Positions 28,622 to 38,124 of a DNA stretch of 64,000 nucleotides are shown here, piece by piece. The stretch lies in the NCBI GenBank assembly GCA_048884965.1, contig JBHLQH010000007.1, positions 1-64,000 on the forward strand, in the 5' to 3' direction. Each line of letters opens with the position of its first letter. The first letter of the stretch is position 1. The notes beneath the pieces are model-generated. The model was not told where the DNA came from. It made no database searches and saw only the letters and a list, made by a program, of their open reading frames with translations. The translations under genes were made by a program, and so were the position numbers. The DNA comes from Candidatus Thorarchaeota archaeon. Lineage in GTDB: Archaea > Asgardarchaeota > Thorarchaeia > Thorarchaeales > Thorarchaeaceae.

Positions 28622-29434
28622 ATGCCACATGTTCAAACAGGAAACATCAGGACATACTATGAAATGCAAGGTCAAGGCCCTCCTTTGATTTTCATCCATG
28701 GGGCTGCTGCATCCCATGACATGTGGAAACCTCAGGTTGAGTATTTCTCAAAGACATTCACAACCTTGACATATGATATCAGGGGGCATCAACAAACAGA
28801 AGGATCTGAGGGTGACTATTCCTTTGAGATGTTCGCTGATGACCTCTATGAGTTACTTAGGGCTCTAGAGATTAGAGAACCTGTAGTATGTGGCCTATCA
28901 TTGGGAGGGATGATTGCGCAGTCATATGCAGTAAGATATCGCGATAATCTGCATGGGCTTGTACTAGCAGATACTGCAATCTCATCAGCTATGACTGTGT
29001 CAGACAAGATCACAAAGGCATTGTATCCTCCCAGTCTTGTCAAGTGGACCATGCGAAGGATGTCACCAGAGAAATATGCTGACTGGTCCTTCAAGTTCTT
29101 TGAAGGAGTCAATCCAGAGGTGGTGGAGTATCTGAAGAGTGAGCAGCTAAAGATGTCCTACGATGAGCTAATCAAAATCATCGATGTGATATACCGATTC
29201 AAGCAGCTGCCACTTGAGAGCATTCGCGTGCCAACACTGGTAATACTTGGTGAGAATGAGCGAAAAGCGGTATTTCCTCATGCAGACAAGATGGTTGAGT
29301 TGATTCCAAACTCTAGGAAAGTACTCGTGCCAGATGCAGGCCACGCTTCCAATCTAGAGAATCCCGAGTTTTTCAATAGGGAGCTGGAGGATTTCGTACG
29401 AGGACTTGTTAGATCATCCATAGACGAGTTCTAG
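28622..29434 (+). CDS. Alpha/beta fold hydrolase
   Basis: FIHG, DIRGH, GLSLGG nucleophile elbow, AGHASN. Confidence 0.92.
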   Translation: MPHVQTGNIRTYYEMQGQGPPLIFIHGAAASHDMWKPQVEYFSKTFTTLTYDIRGHQQTEGSEGDYSFEMFADDLYELLRALEIREPVVCGLSLGGMIAQSYAVRYRDNLHGLVLADTAISSAMTVSDKITKALYPPSLVKWTMRRMSPEKYADWSFKFFEGVNPEVVEYLKSEQLKMSYDELIKIIDVIYRFKQLPLESIRVPTLVILGENERKAVFPHADKMVELIPNSRKVLVPDAGHASNLENPEFFNRELEDFVRGLVRSSIDEF

Positions 29435-31032
29435 ATTTCCTTCGCAAGGTAGGGACCATCATCTGAGAACCCAAGATTTCGATAGTATTGCTTCACTCCA
29501 ATACCACTATTGACAAGCATACGCTTTGCATCGAATTCATCAATGCTAATTTCTGTGGCAGTTTCAAGCATACGTTCGCCCAGTCCTAGGTGCTGCCATG
29601 CTTTCGGATCATGATCACCTATCTCAACAACCGGTCCATACACTCTAAGCTCTCGAATGATGGTGCAGGCTTCTCTGGAGATCTCTGGACGGTGGGCGTC
29701 TCTGCTTGGATAACGTAATCGCAGGAAGCCAAAGATAATATCTAATTGCATATCTTCAAAGGACAAGAAGATCTCTTTTCCATCTGCTGCATCATAGTTC
29801 CGTCGTACGAGTTGGATATCCTCGCTATCTATTTTCTGTTTTGATCTCATCTGAAAGTGCCCTACCTCTCTGTACCTGATAGTCGGGTTCCTGAGATTCT
29901 CTTCTATCATTTTTGCATGGACAAGCTCTCGTAGATTACCTTGGTTCAGGCCAGCCTCGATTTGATGCAAGGGAATATCCCTTTGCATTCGCTGGATTCG
30001 AACGTACTCTGGCATCTTACTTACTGCTTTAGAAACGAGGTCAACTATCTGTTCATTCGTATAGGGAGAGTATTCGTTCTGTTTCCACCAATCATAGAGC
30101 TTGGTATTTTTCACGACTAGGGTAGGGTAGATTTTCAACATATCGGGACGAAAACGTGAGTCTGAGAATAACTGAGCGAAGGTTGCGATATCGCCTTCAG
30201 GTGTATTTCCTGGAAGGCCTGGCATCATATGGTAACAGACCTTGAGTCCACTATCTCTGAGCAGCTTGGTTGCTCGAATGGTAGTTTCTACGTCATGTCC
30301 TCTTTGCACTTTCTCAAGGATTTCATCGGAGAGGGTCTGGACTCCAAGCTCCACTCTAGTTGCGCCCATTCTCAGCATATCATCTATCGTGTCTCTATTC
30401 ACCCAATCAGGGCGGGTTTCGAAGGTGAGCCCGACATTTCGAATAGGAGATGATTCGTTTGTTTTCATTGACTCGTAAAGAGTGGTGCTTGTGGATTTAT
30501 TCATGGCATCAAGACATTCCTTTACAAATCCTTCACGATATTCCGATTCTTTGGAACACCAGTCACCGCCCATCACGATAAGCTCCACCTTGTTAACGCT
30601 GTGACCAATGGTGTCAAGCTGTGCAAGCCGACTTTCTACTTGTCTGTATGGATCAAAATCATTCTGTATTCCCCTCATTGTAGCAGGTTCATGACCAGTA
30701 TAGCTCTGTGGAACACCCAAGTCAGGACCACCTGGACAATATGCACACTTACCGTGGGGGCATGCGTGAGGTTTTGTCATGACAGCGACGATAGCTACTC
30801 CAGATATTGTTCTAACAGGACGTTTCAACAGAATTGGACGCAGGATATCAGCTTCTTCAGGTGTTGCCGCTTGAAGAATGTCAGCATTGGAAGGAGTGCG
30901 AGATTTCTTGTATTTGGCGCTCAACTTGTTCTTGACTTGATTCACGACATTCTTCGATAACTCGGAGTCACTTGTCAGCAATTCTTCTATTATTGCTCTG
31001 TAAAGTTGATAGTTCTCATCTTGTTGGGACAT
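29431..31032 (-). CDS. elp3: tRNA U34 carboxymethyltransferase Elp3 (radical SAM + KAT)
   Basis: RTISGVA, CPHGKCAYCPGG, ETRPD, KIYPTLV, WQH.G.G. Confidence 0.96.
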   Translation of the reverse strand: MSQQDENYQLYRAIIEELLTSDSELSKNVVNQVKNKLSAKYKKSRTPSNADILQAATPEEADILRPILLKRPVRTISGVAIVAVMTKPHACPHGKCAYCPGGPDLGVPQSYTGHEPATMRGIQNDFDPYRQVESRLAQLDTIGHSVNKVELIVMGGDWCSKESEYREGFVKECLDAMNKSTSTTLYESMKTNESSPIRNVGLTFETRPDWVNRDTIDDMLRMGATRVELGVQTLSDEILEKVQRGHDVETTIRATKLLRDSGLKVCYHMMPGLPGNTPEGDIATFAQLFSDSRFRPDMLKIYPTLVVKNTKLYDWWKQNEYSPYTNEQIVDLVSKAVSKMPEYVRIQRMQRDIPLHQIEAGLNQGNLRELVHAKMIEENLRNPTIRYREVGHFQMRSKQKIDSEDIQLVRRNYDAADGKEIFLSFEDMQLDIIFGFLRLRYPSRDAHRPEISREACTIIRELRVYGPVVEIGDHDPKAWQHLGLGERMLETATEISIDEFDAKRMLVNSGIGVKQYYRNLGFSDDGPYLAKEI

Positions 31033-31083
31033 GACAGGACAGACGTTATGTCATTTCGATTAATACGCTGTGGTATGGATAAT

Positions 31084-31656
31084 CTATTGACTCTGTTGAA
31101 TAGATGATGCATCTATATCATCTAGTTGAGCTCCTGCAGTTTTGGCGGCATGCCCATCAACATGAATATCGACTGACACCCTTTTGCATACATCTTGTAG
31201 AGTGGCGATTGCAGCCTTGGTCCAGCCGGATATATCAATAGTACCAGGCTTGGCGATATCTCGAACCATGATGCTGAATGGACGTACAAAATCGGCTGTT
31301 AGTGACCTCGCAACTAGATCTATGATTAGAAGCCTATCATCATTGTTTAAAGAAGTTGCAAATATCATTACGAGTTTTTCAAGTGAGTCAGTTGTCCCTA
31401 TTGCTGCGATTGCCTTTACAGCCATTGTCCAATCCTCATGTCTTTGAGATTTGAGGAGCAACTCAGAAAAAGAAAGGAGGTCAGGGTCACGCCTCCTTGC
31501 CAGTTCTAGCAGAGCAGGCTCTCGTAGAACCAGATGGATGTCCTGATCCCTGACTAGCTCCCACAGCTGCGTGCGATCCGCATCAGCATGTAAGGGGGTG
31601 TGTTCTGGCCAGGAGGGAGGGTGGCAGACCAGACGCAGCTGCGATTTAGGAGTCAT
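31084..31656 (-). CDS. Hypothetical protein, possible HEAT-like helices
   Basis: 190-aa ORF filling the gap; AVKAIAAIGTTDSLEKL resembles a HEAT-like repeat. Confidence 0.6.
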   Translation of the reverse strand: MTPKSQLRLVCHPPSWPEHTPLHADADRTQLWELVRDQDIHLVLREPALLELARRRDPDLLSFSELLLKSQRHEDWTMAVKAIAAIGTTDSLEKLVMIFATSLNNDDRLLIIDLVARSLTADFVRPFSIMVRDIAKPGTIDISGWTKAAIATLQDVCKRVSVDIHVDGHAAKTAGAQLDDIDASSIQQSQ

Positions 31657-31768
31657 GTGTTGATGTTCTGCCTCTGTCTAATAAGGTCACCAAGGAAAAC
31701 AAAGTGGACGTGTACAAATAGTGACTCTAGAGCAAGCTTTAAAACTGAATCTTTGAACACGAAGCCTG

Positions 31769-31886
31769 ATGGCGGCCATAGAGGTCGGGGTACACCTGAT
31801 CTCGGCTGAACTCAGAAGTTAAGCCCGATCTCGTTACGTGAAATGTGCGGTGCGCGAGCCCGTGACAAGCGCGTAAGCTGCCACTT
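31769..31886 (+). rRNA. rrf: 5S rRNA (stand-alone)
   Basis: GGCGGCCATAG..GAACTCAGAAGTTAAGCC..GCTGCCA; ends pair; TTTAAA box ~26 nt upstream; T-rich tail. Confidence 0.9.
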
Positions 31887-31954
31887 TCTTCTTATTCTCA
31901 TACAATTCATTCATTCCGAGACTGTAAAATAGCTCCTCGCTTGTACCATGGATT

Positions 31955-32641
31955 ATGGGACCTCAACCAGAGCAGTGGAGAATTGCAGGCATAGACGAGG
32001 CTGGACGAGGACCGATGTTTGGACCAATGGTTGTATGTGGTGTTCTAGTAGATTTGGAATCATTGGATGTTCTCAAGAAGGCCGGAGTGAAAGACTCCAA
32101 AGCCCTTCCGTCCAAACGCCGAGAAGAATATTCGAAGATGATACGGAAAATAGCATCAAAGATTATAGTGGAAAAAGTATCTGCGATTCAAATTGATACG
32201 TCAAGACACAGAGGAACCAATCTGAATGAGACTGAGGTCAATATCTTCGGATCCATTGCGAAGAAGCTAAATCCTACAGAGCTCTACTTGGATGCTGCAG
32301 ATGTCAAGGCTGAGCGTTTTGGAGCGAATGTTAGGAGAGTATCTGGGCTTAGAGAAAAGAGATGCAAGATTGTATCTGAGCATAGAGCAGATTCGAAATA
32401 TGTGATCGTTTCAGCGGCATCGATAATCGCGAAAACCGAGCGTGATGCTGTAATCAAGAAACTGCATGGAAAGTATGGTGATTTCGGGTCGGGGTATCCC
32501 ACAGACCCGAAATCCATTGCATTTCTGAAAGACTTGATCAGTAATGATGAAGAGCTTCCCTTTTTTGTAAGAAGATCATGGGAGTCTGTATCACGTGCTA
32601 TCCGAGAAGGAAAAACTGTTCAAAAGAAGTTGAACATTTAG
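31955..32641 (+). CDS. rnhB: Ribonuclease HII
   Basis: GIDEAGRGP, DSK, SAASIIAK, GSGYP; C-terminal PIP-like QKKL. Confidence 0.96.
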   Translation: MGPQPEQWRIAGIDEAGRGPMFGPMVVCGVLVDLESLDVLKKAGVKDSKALPSKRREEYSKMIRKIASKIIVEKVSAIQIDTSRHRGTNLNETEVNIFGSIAKKLNPTELYLDAADVKAERFGANVRRVSGLREKRCKIVSEHRADSKYVIVSAASIIAKTERDAVIKKLHGKYGDFGSGYPTDPKSIAFLKDLISNDEELPFFVRRSWESVSRAIREGKTVQKKLNI

Positions 32642-33600
32642 TTGCTTGACCTTTCGGAGATTATCTTCTTCAGCTCTCTCGGCTTGTCAATCTCATCAAG
32701 TTCTAGCTGCCGAATCACAGGTAGATTCGAAACACTCTCTTCGACGGACCCTTCTTCAACGATTACAACTGCATCTGATTCGGTTACCTCTGAAACGCTC
32801 TTGAGTATCTCCATTCGTTTCTGGAGTCCCCAGCTTTTGATCGAACCGATTCCGGAGAGCAGAGGGGGACCTTCTTCTTTCGCAGCTACATGGAAAGGAG
32901 CCCTGTCACTCCATAGGACTTGCATGCCCAATCGTGCAAAGAACTCATTGACTCTCATTTGGATGTCTGATACTTCTTGTCCTTGCTTGCTATTTTGGGT
33001 CTGTATTGGGGTTTGCTTGTGTCGTAGCACATCTATTGGGATGACGAGATCTGTTTCTAGGACTTTTTCAAGACGGAACGCCACGTCACTGCTTACATCC
33101 ATCTCATCTTTTTCATAGGCAAGGATTGCCCTTGCAGAAACCTCCACACAGCTTGCAAGCTCTTCCTTGGTCATGTTTTGAGATAGTCGAACATCTTGAA
33201 GCTTGGAACCGTCAATAGCAACGAATCTTCCGCCTCTTTGGATGAATTCCCTTGGCATTTGTTGTTCTTCGATGATAGCTGACAAGCTCTTCGGAGCGAT
33301 AGTGGATACCCCATATCGCTTGTAGACGACTCCAGAATCAAGGTCGCCTCGTCTGGTCTTTACTCCAACAATCAATGGAGTGGCATCGAAGAAATGTGCG
33401 ACCATCTGAAGTGCTATCGCATCCTCTTCAGTTAGAGCATCGATGTTTGACAACACCTTGATGAGAATTAATTGTGAGTCTTTGCGTGCCACCAAATCAA
33501 AGCAGCTTGGTCGGACATCACAACGAGATGACAGATCAAACCCAGCATCCTCTAGAGAAGTAACCACCTGCTCTATCAGATTGCCGCGGGTTTTTGTCAT
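32638..33600 (-). CDS. Archaeal HTH transcriptional regulator (COG1395-like)
   Basis: SCFDLVAR..KVLSNID, RGG.FV.IDG, Cro-type HTH. Confidence 0.85.
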   Translation of the reverse strand: MTKTRGNLIEQVVTSLEDAGFDLSSRCDVRPSCFDLVARKDSQLILIKVLSNIDALTEEDAIALQMVAHFFDATPLIVGVKTRRGDLDSGVVYKRYGVSTIAPKSLSAIIEEQQMPREFIQRGGRFVAIDGSKLQDVRLSQNMTKEELASCVEVSARAILAYEKDEMDVSSDVAFRLEKVLETDLVIPIDVLRHKQTPIQTQNSKQGQEVSDIQMRVNEFFARLGMQVLWSDRAPFHVAAKEEGPPLLSGIGSIKSWGLQKRMEILKSVSEVTESDAVVIVEEGSVEESVSNLPVIRQLELDEIDKPRELKKIISERSSN

Positions 33601-33656
33601 TCTAATTCACATTATTTGCTAGGTCATGTAGCCTTTTCAGCATAACTAATTGTGAA

Positions 33657-34118
33657 TTATGTCCGTTGAACATCATCACCGGAACTAATTGATGTAGTAA
33701 ATCCAAGACAGGTGGTAGAGGGTAGCTTTTTCCGAATGATCTGGACTTGCGGTCTTGCAAGTTTGTCGATAGGACGCCAGCTCCTGAGCTGAGTCCAGTC
33801 AATTGGATTTTGACCCAGCATTTTATGAACAAGGAAAAGCTCGGTTTTTGAACCTGCAATAGTGTATATTCCAATCCCCAAATCCATTCGACGCAGGATG
33901 ACGATTGGAAGCATGAACGAGGAGTGATGCTCCAAGGGAATTTCCTCTGCAAGGTGGGCTATTTCTTCCACCAAGAATCTAGAGTTCTCGCCCCCACGAG
34001 TTAGGTAGCTTGGTTTCTCCTCTTTGAGTAGAGTTGCCAGACATACCTTTTGAGTAGGGAGATGATCATTCGCAGTGTCTATGTCATTCTCAAGCATTTT
34101 CTCGATGAATCGGCTCAC
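33657..34118 (-). CDS. DUF61/UPF0216 family protein
   Basis: NDHLP..LATLL.EEKP, LPIVI, RKKLPSTT. Confidence 0.8.
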   Translation of the reverse strand: MSRFIEKMLENDIDTANDHLPTQKVCLATLLKEEKPSYLTRGGENSRFLVEEIAHLAEEIPLEHHSSFMLPIVILRRMDLGIGIYTIAGSKTELFLVHKMLGQNPIDWTQLRSWRPIDKLARPQVQIIRKKLPSTTCLGFTTSISSGDDVQRT

Positions 34119-34813
34119 CTGGGTTCCTCCGCGATTCTAACCACAACGAGTCGATGGTCTTTCTCTAATGGTTCGAGATTCACATTATCAATAATCTCCA
34201 TCCCATTAGAAGCGAGTTCTGCGATCTCCCGACTGTATACGTCATTAATATCTGAGGTCGAGTCGATGCTACGTGCTTTGATTGCTAGAATGCCATATGC
34301 CCCTAATGAGCAAAACGAGGCCAAGTTATCCAAGAATATCTTTGCCTGATTGGATTGGGCGACATCTTGGTAGACGACATCTATGGGTCCACCTATCAGT
34401 GCTGCATATCTTGATGGATGTCTTGCATCATTGATTATGGGAATGACATTGCTACGAGACTCTGCAAGCCAAATCAGTTTTCTTGCAACCTGTGGAGAGA
34501 ATTCTACCGCATAGACAAGTCCTTTGTTCCCAACGATATCGGAAACATGACTGACTGTTGTGCCTGATGATGCCCCGAGGTAAAGAACACGCGAACCGGG
34601 TTGAATAGGCATTTCTCGCAGCCCGTTCTTTATTCCAGCAGCCAGTTTTGATCGACGTGTGGACCAGAGTCGATAATCATTCCCCTCCACTCGAATGACC
34701 TTTTCGCCATAGACGCTTTGACGAGGTACCAATGAGCGCGTAGAGATTGTTGCTCTATCATCATCATGTATCATGTAAATGCCTGGAAATTTATGGTTCT
34801 TTGCAGAGGTCAT
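34115..34813 (-). CDS. flpA: Fibrillarin-like rRNA/tRNA 2'-O-methyltransferase
   Basis: VYGEK, RSKLAA, VLYLGASSGTTVSHVSD, YQDVAQ, IKARSID. Confidence 0.96.
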   Translation of the reverse strand: MTSAKNHKFPGIYMIHDDDRATISTRSLVPRQSVYGEKVIRVEGNDYRLWSTRRSKLAAGIKNGLREMPIQPGSRVLYLGASSGTTVSHVSDIVGNKGLVYAVEFSPQVARKLIWLAESRSNVIPIINDARHPSRYAALIGGPIDVVYQDVAQSNQAKIFLDNLASFCSLGAYGILAIKARSIDSTSDINDVYSREIAELASNGMEIIDNVNLEPLEKDHRLVVVRIAEEPR

Positions 34814-36060
34814 CTTCTGCCGCCTCCTCTCTTTTTCTTACTTGGAGGTCCACGACTTGGTCTATGTCGTGGACGTTCAATCTTTTGAACGGGTTTGGGT
34901 GGTTTTGGTGGTGGAGCTTCTGGATTCTGACGCTGGATTTCAGCTAATCGAGATTCGAATTGCTCCCTTAGACCTGTTGGGGAGGGGGAGTCTGCGTATG
35001 CATCGATTCTTGCTGCGATAGACAGCTTTCCAGAGAGAGCTCGTGCGATTTTTCCGCGCTGCCAGTAAGGCGCAGAGTGAATATCCGATACTTGATAGAT
35101 AACACCGTGCTTTGGAGGATCAGCTCCAGTCTTGAGACTCCTAAAAAGGGCCTTCTCAGCACCAAGAATCTGCAAAGTACTTGATGGCTTTCTGGCTAAT
35201 TCCTTGAGAGAACCTGCTAGGCTTATGAGTCTAGCACCTACTAAAGGTCCTACAAGTGATGTGATATTCGGAGCTATTTTTCCCATAACCTTGGTTACAT
35301 ACTCTTCTAAATCCCTTCTTTGCTTGTACAGGTTCAGGACACTGGTAGATAGTGATTGAATGATATCCAGATCGGTTGGCGCCATACTTGCCCCAAGTGT
35401 ATCTGCTGAGTTCAGTATCTTCTCTTGTATGGATTCAGGTGCAATTGTCCTTGATAGATTCTCCTTGGTAAGATTCTTCCTATCACCACAAATGCTTACA
35501 ACACTTGCAAATTGTTCGTTGTCCTCAATTATATCATTCAGCATTGGAAAATGAAGAGAATACCATTCTCTTAGTCGCATTGCGATTACGTTGGTTGATT
35601 TGTCAACTTCCTCAACTCCATCTATTGCATGCTTCAATGACTGATCCTTTTCCTCACTAGCTTCGCTGACTGTGAAGCGTGCTAATGCCAATCCGACTTG
35701 CCTGCGAAAGTCATGGAGCTCTTCATTTGATTTGACAATACTTCTATCAATTAGTAGGCTATCATGAATGTTCAGAAACCATTTGATCACTGGTTCATTA
35801 TTTCGAAATTCAACTAGGACATTACTTGAAATGCCAGAGATAGCATCTCTTAGTTCCGGGTGTGCAGTCACGATTGTTGTGTCTTCTGTAAGATTCCCGA
35901 GTAATTCCCTTAGTTGATCAGTGGCAGTCCCTATATTCAGGTGCCTAGTATTCTGAACAGACTCTTCCAAATTAGGATAGGTAATCACTTCGTGGAGTAT
36001 TTTGCTCTCTGAATTTAGAAGAAATACTCCAAAGGTAGTGAATGTTCCAAAGACTTGCAT
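34810..36060 (-). CDS. nop5: C/D box RNP protein Nop5 (Nop56/58)
   Basis: RLREWYSLHFP, APNITSLVG, PSSTLQILGAEKALFR, PKHG, RGKIARAL. Confidence 0.96.
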   Translation of the reverse strand: MQVFGTFTTFGVFLLNSESKILHEVITYPNLEESVQNTRHLNIGTATDQLRELLGNLTEDTTIVTAHPELRDAISGISSNVLVEFRNNEPVIKWFLNIHDSLLIDRSIVKSNEELHDFRRQVGLALARFTVSEASEEKDQSLKHAIDGVEEVDKSTNVIAMRLREWYSLHFPMLNDIIEDNEQFASVVSICGDRKNLTKENLSRTIAPESIQEKILNSADTLGASMAPTDLDIIQSLSTSVLNLYKQRRDLEEYVTKVMGKIAPNITSLVGPLVGARLISLAGSLKELARKPSSTLQILGAEKALFRSLKTGADPPKHGVIYQVSDIHSAPYWQRGKIARALSGKLSIAARIDAYADSPSPTGLREQFESRLAEIQRQNPEAPPPKPPKPVQKIERPRHRPSRGPPSKKKRGGGRR

Positions 36061-36191
36061 TGCTGACCAACTCTAGCAATTGGACTTCGCAGCAATCGGA
36101 TAAGTTTGTCTATATTGCAATTAAAATCGAATTTGCTCATTGTCGTCGAGCTTATTACGAGTATAGTTCAGAGAACAAGTTAGGTGATTCC

Positions 36192-37064
36192 TTGGAAATA
36201 GATGGATACTGGCTCGCATCTGGAATCCTAGGAGTATCAGGCTCCGTGATGAAGAGGGTATACAATGCTGGCGCGGACGCAATTGTGACCAAGTCGATTG
36301 GACCTGTTCCAAGGAAAGGACACTCGGGACCTATAATGGCTACTTCACATGGTTCTCTAATTAACGCAGTGGGCCTTACAAATCCAGGAATAGATGGGTT
36401 TGCATCTGAAATGGCGGTCCTAAAGGAAGCAGGAGTACCTGTGGTGCTCAGTATCTTTGGATCAACTCTTGAGGAGATTGTCAGTGTAGCTCGGAAGGGC
36501 AGTGAATATGCACCCGAGGCGATCGAGCTCAATCTCTCCTGTCCACATGCAGAGATTGCACAAATATCACACAATCCCGAATTGACCTACAAGTATGTTC
36601 GTGCAGTGAAAGAGGTAGTGGATTGTAGTGTCTTTGCAAAGATTACTCCTAATGCATCAGACATCGTGTCGGTAGGAAAAGCTGCTGAAGAAGCAGGGGC
36701 TGATGCGATAGTAGCAATAAATACAGTAAGAGCGATGAAGATTGACATTTATCAGCAACGACCTGTGTTGGGCAATCTAGTTGGTGGGTTATCAGGACCA
36801 GCGATTTTCCCAATAGCTGTACGATGTATCTATGATCTCTATAATGCCCTTGATGTCCCAATTATAGGGGTTGGAGGTGTAAGCACATGGCAAGATGCCA
36901 TAGAGATGCATTTGGCAGGTGCCACTGCCATTCAGATTGGTACTGCTCTGCTAGGGGGTATGGATATCTTCGAAAGAATCAAAGTAGGTGTTAGCGAATA
37001 TCTCCAATCCATGAACTATCAGGATGTTTCTCAAATCATTGGATTAGCAGGGAGGGCACAATGA
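36192..37064 (+). CDS. pyrD: Dihydroorotate dehydrogenase family 1 catalytic subunit (probable TTG start at 36192)
   Basis: LASG, VTKS, NAVGL.NPG, ELNLSCPH, GGLSG; AGGTGA SD before TTG. Confidence 0.93.
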   Translation: MEIDGYWLASGILGVSGSVMKRVYNAGADAIVTKSIGPVPRKGHSGPIMATSHGSLINAVGLTNPGIDGFASEMAVLKEAGVPVVLSIFGSTLEEIVSVARKGSEYAPEAIELNLSCPHAEIAQISHNPELTYKYVRAVKEVVDCSVFAKITPNASDIVSVGKAAEEAGADAIVAINTVRAMKIDIYQQRPVLGNLVGGLSGPAIFPIAVRCIYDLYNALDVPIIGVGGVSTWQDAIEMHLAGATAIQIGTALLGGMDIFERIKVGVSEYLQSMNYQDVSQIIGLAGRAQ

Positions 37065-37885
37065 TGGAAATAGATAGGCTTGCAGGTTCAGCTCAGTCGG
37101 TTCGAATCGCTGCTATCAGAAGAGAAACTGATACAGCATTCACCTTGGAATTCGATTTCTCGTTTCGAGAGCGTGATATTCATGCTGGAGAGTTCCTGAT
37201 GATATGGATTCCAACAGTGGATGAGATTCCCATGAGTGTTTCGTCTTGGAATCCACCAATTGCAGGAATTACTGTGAAAGCAATTGGAGATGCGACATCA
37301 AAACTGACAAGGCTTGAAAAGGATGACTGGATTGGAATCAGAGGACCTTTTGGCAATCATTTCAAGCAGGATGCGAGAAACGCACTGGTGGTTGGTGGAG
37401 GGATAGGAATAGCACCTCTGCGACCCCTTGTCCTTGGACTTCTTGATGATAATAGAGATGTGCATCTAGTCGTAGGTGCTAGGACCGCTGCAGAGCTGAT
37501 ACTCTACGATTTTGAAGATCTTAGAGATGAAAAATTCCATCTTCTCATTTCAACTGACGACGGAACTGCAGGTCGAAAGGGGTTTGCTACTGATATTGCT
37601 CGGGAGCTGATTGAGCAGTATTCTTTTGACAAAGTCTATACTTGTGGACCAGAGGTAATGATGGCAAAACTTCACCAAATTGCCAAAAAGCAGAATATCC
37701 GATTCGAAGCCTCTCTCGAGCGATATATGAAATGTGGATGTGGTATCTGCGGAACTTGTGGAATGGATCCATGTGGTGAGTTGGTATGTATTGATGGACC
37801 AATCTTCTCAGGAGAGCAACTTGATAAAATGAGTGATTTTGGCCATTCTTATCGTGACTCGACGGGTCAAAAGATAGGATTCTGA
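37061..37885 (+). CDS. pyrK: Dihydroorotate dehydrogenase electron transfer subunit
   Basis: IRGPFG, GGGIGIAP, CGPEVMM, ERYMKCGCGICGTC, CIDGP. Confidence 0.94.
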   Translation: MMEIDRLAGSAQSVRIAAIRRETDTAFTLEFDFSFRERDIHAGEFLMIWIPTVDEIPMSVSSWNPPIAGITVKAIGDATSKLTRLEKDDWIGIRGPFGNHFKQDARNALVVGGGIGIAPLRPLVLGLLDDNRDVHLVVGARTAAELILYDFEDLRDEKFHLLISTDDGTAGRKGFATDIARELIEQYSFDKVYTCGPEVMMAKLHQIAKKQNIRFEASLERYMKCGCGICGTCGMDPCGELVCIDGPIFSGEQLDKMSDFGHSYRDSTGQKIGF

Positions 37886-37894
37886 AAGAATGGA

Positions 37895-38056
37895 TTATTT
37901 GCGAACCCCAATCTGCTGTCCCTTGACGAATCTTCGGACATAGTTCCTCTTGTTACGAATTCGAGGGATTGGAGTATGTCTTTCACGGCCTTTGACTTTT
38001 GGAGTAGATTCTCTAACTTTTCCAGCTTTTGTGAGTGAACCGTGTGAACCAGGCAT
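37895..38056 (-). CDS. rps30e: 30S ribosomal protein S30e
   Basis: MPGSHGSLTKAGKVRESTPK..PRIRNKRNY. Confidence 0.93.
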   Translation of the reverse strand: MPGSHGSLTKAGKVRESTPKVKGRERHTPIPRIRNKRNYVRRFVKGQQIGVRK

Positions 38057-38124
38057 CTTGATTTCCTCATATCGATTTTTCAGCTTGTCAATATAAGAGT
38101 ATCCAATTGACATTGATTTCTTGA

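Noticed and set aside
36042-36191. N-terminal extension of PyrD
   Set aside because: Overlaps the divergent nop5 start and promoter region; an SD-preceded TTG at 36192 fits the family length
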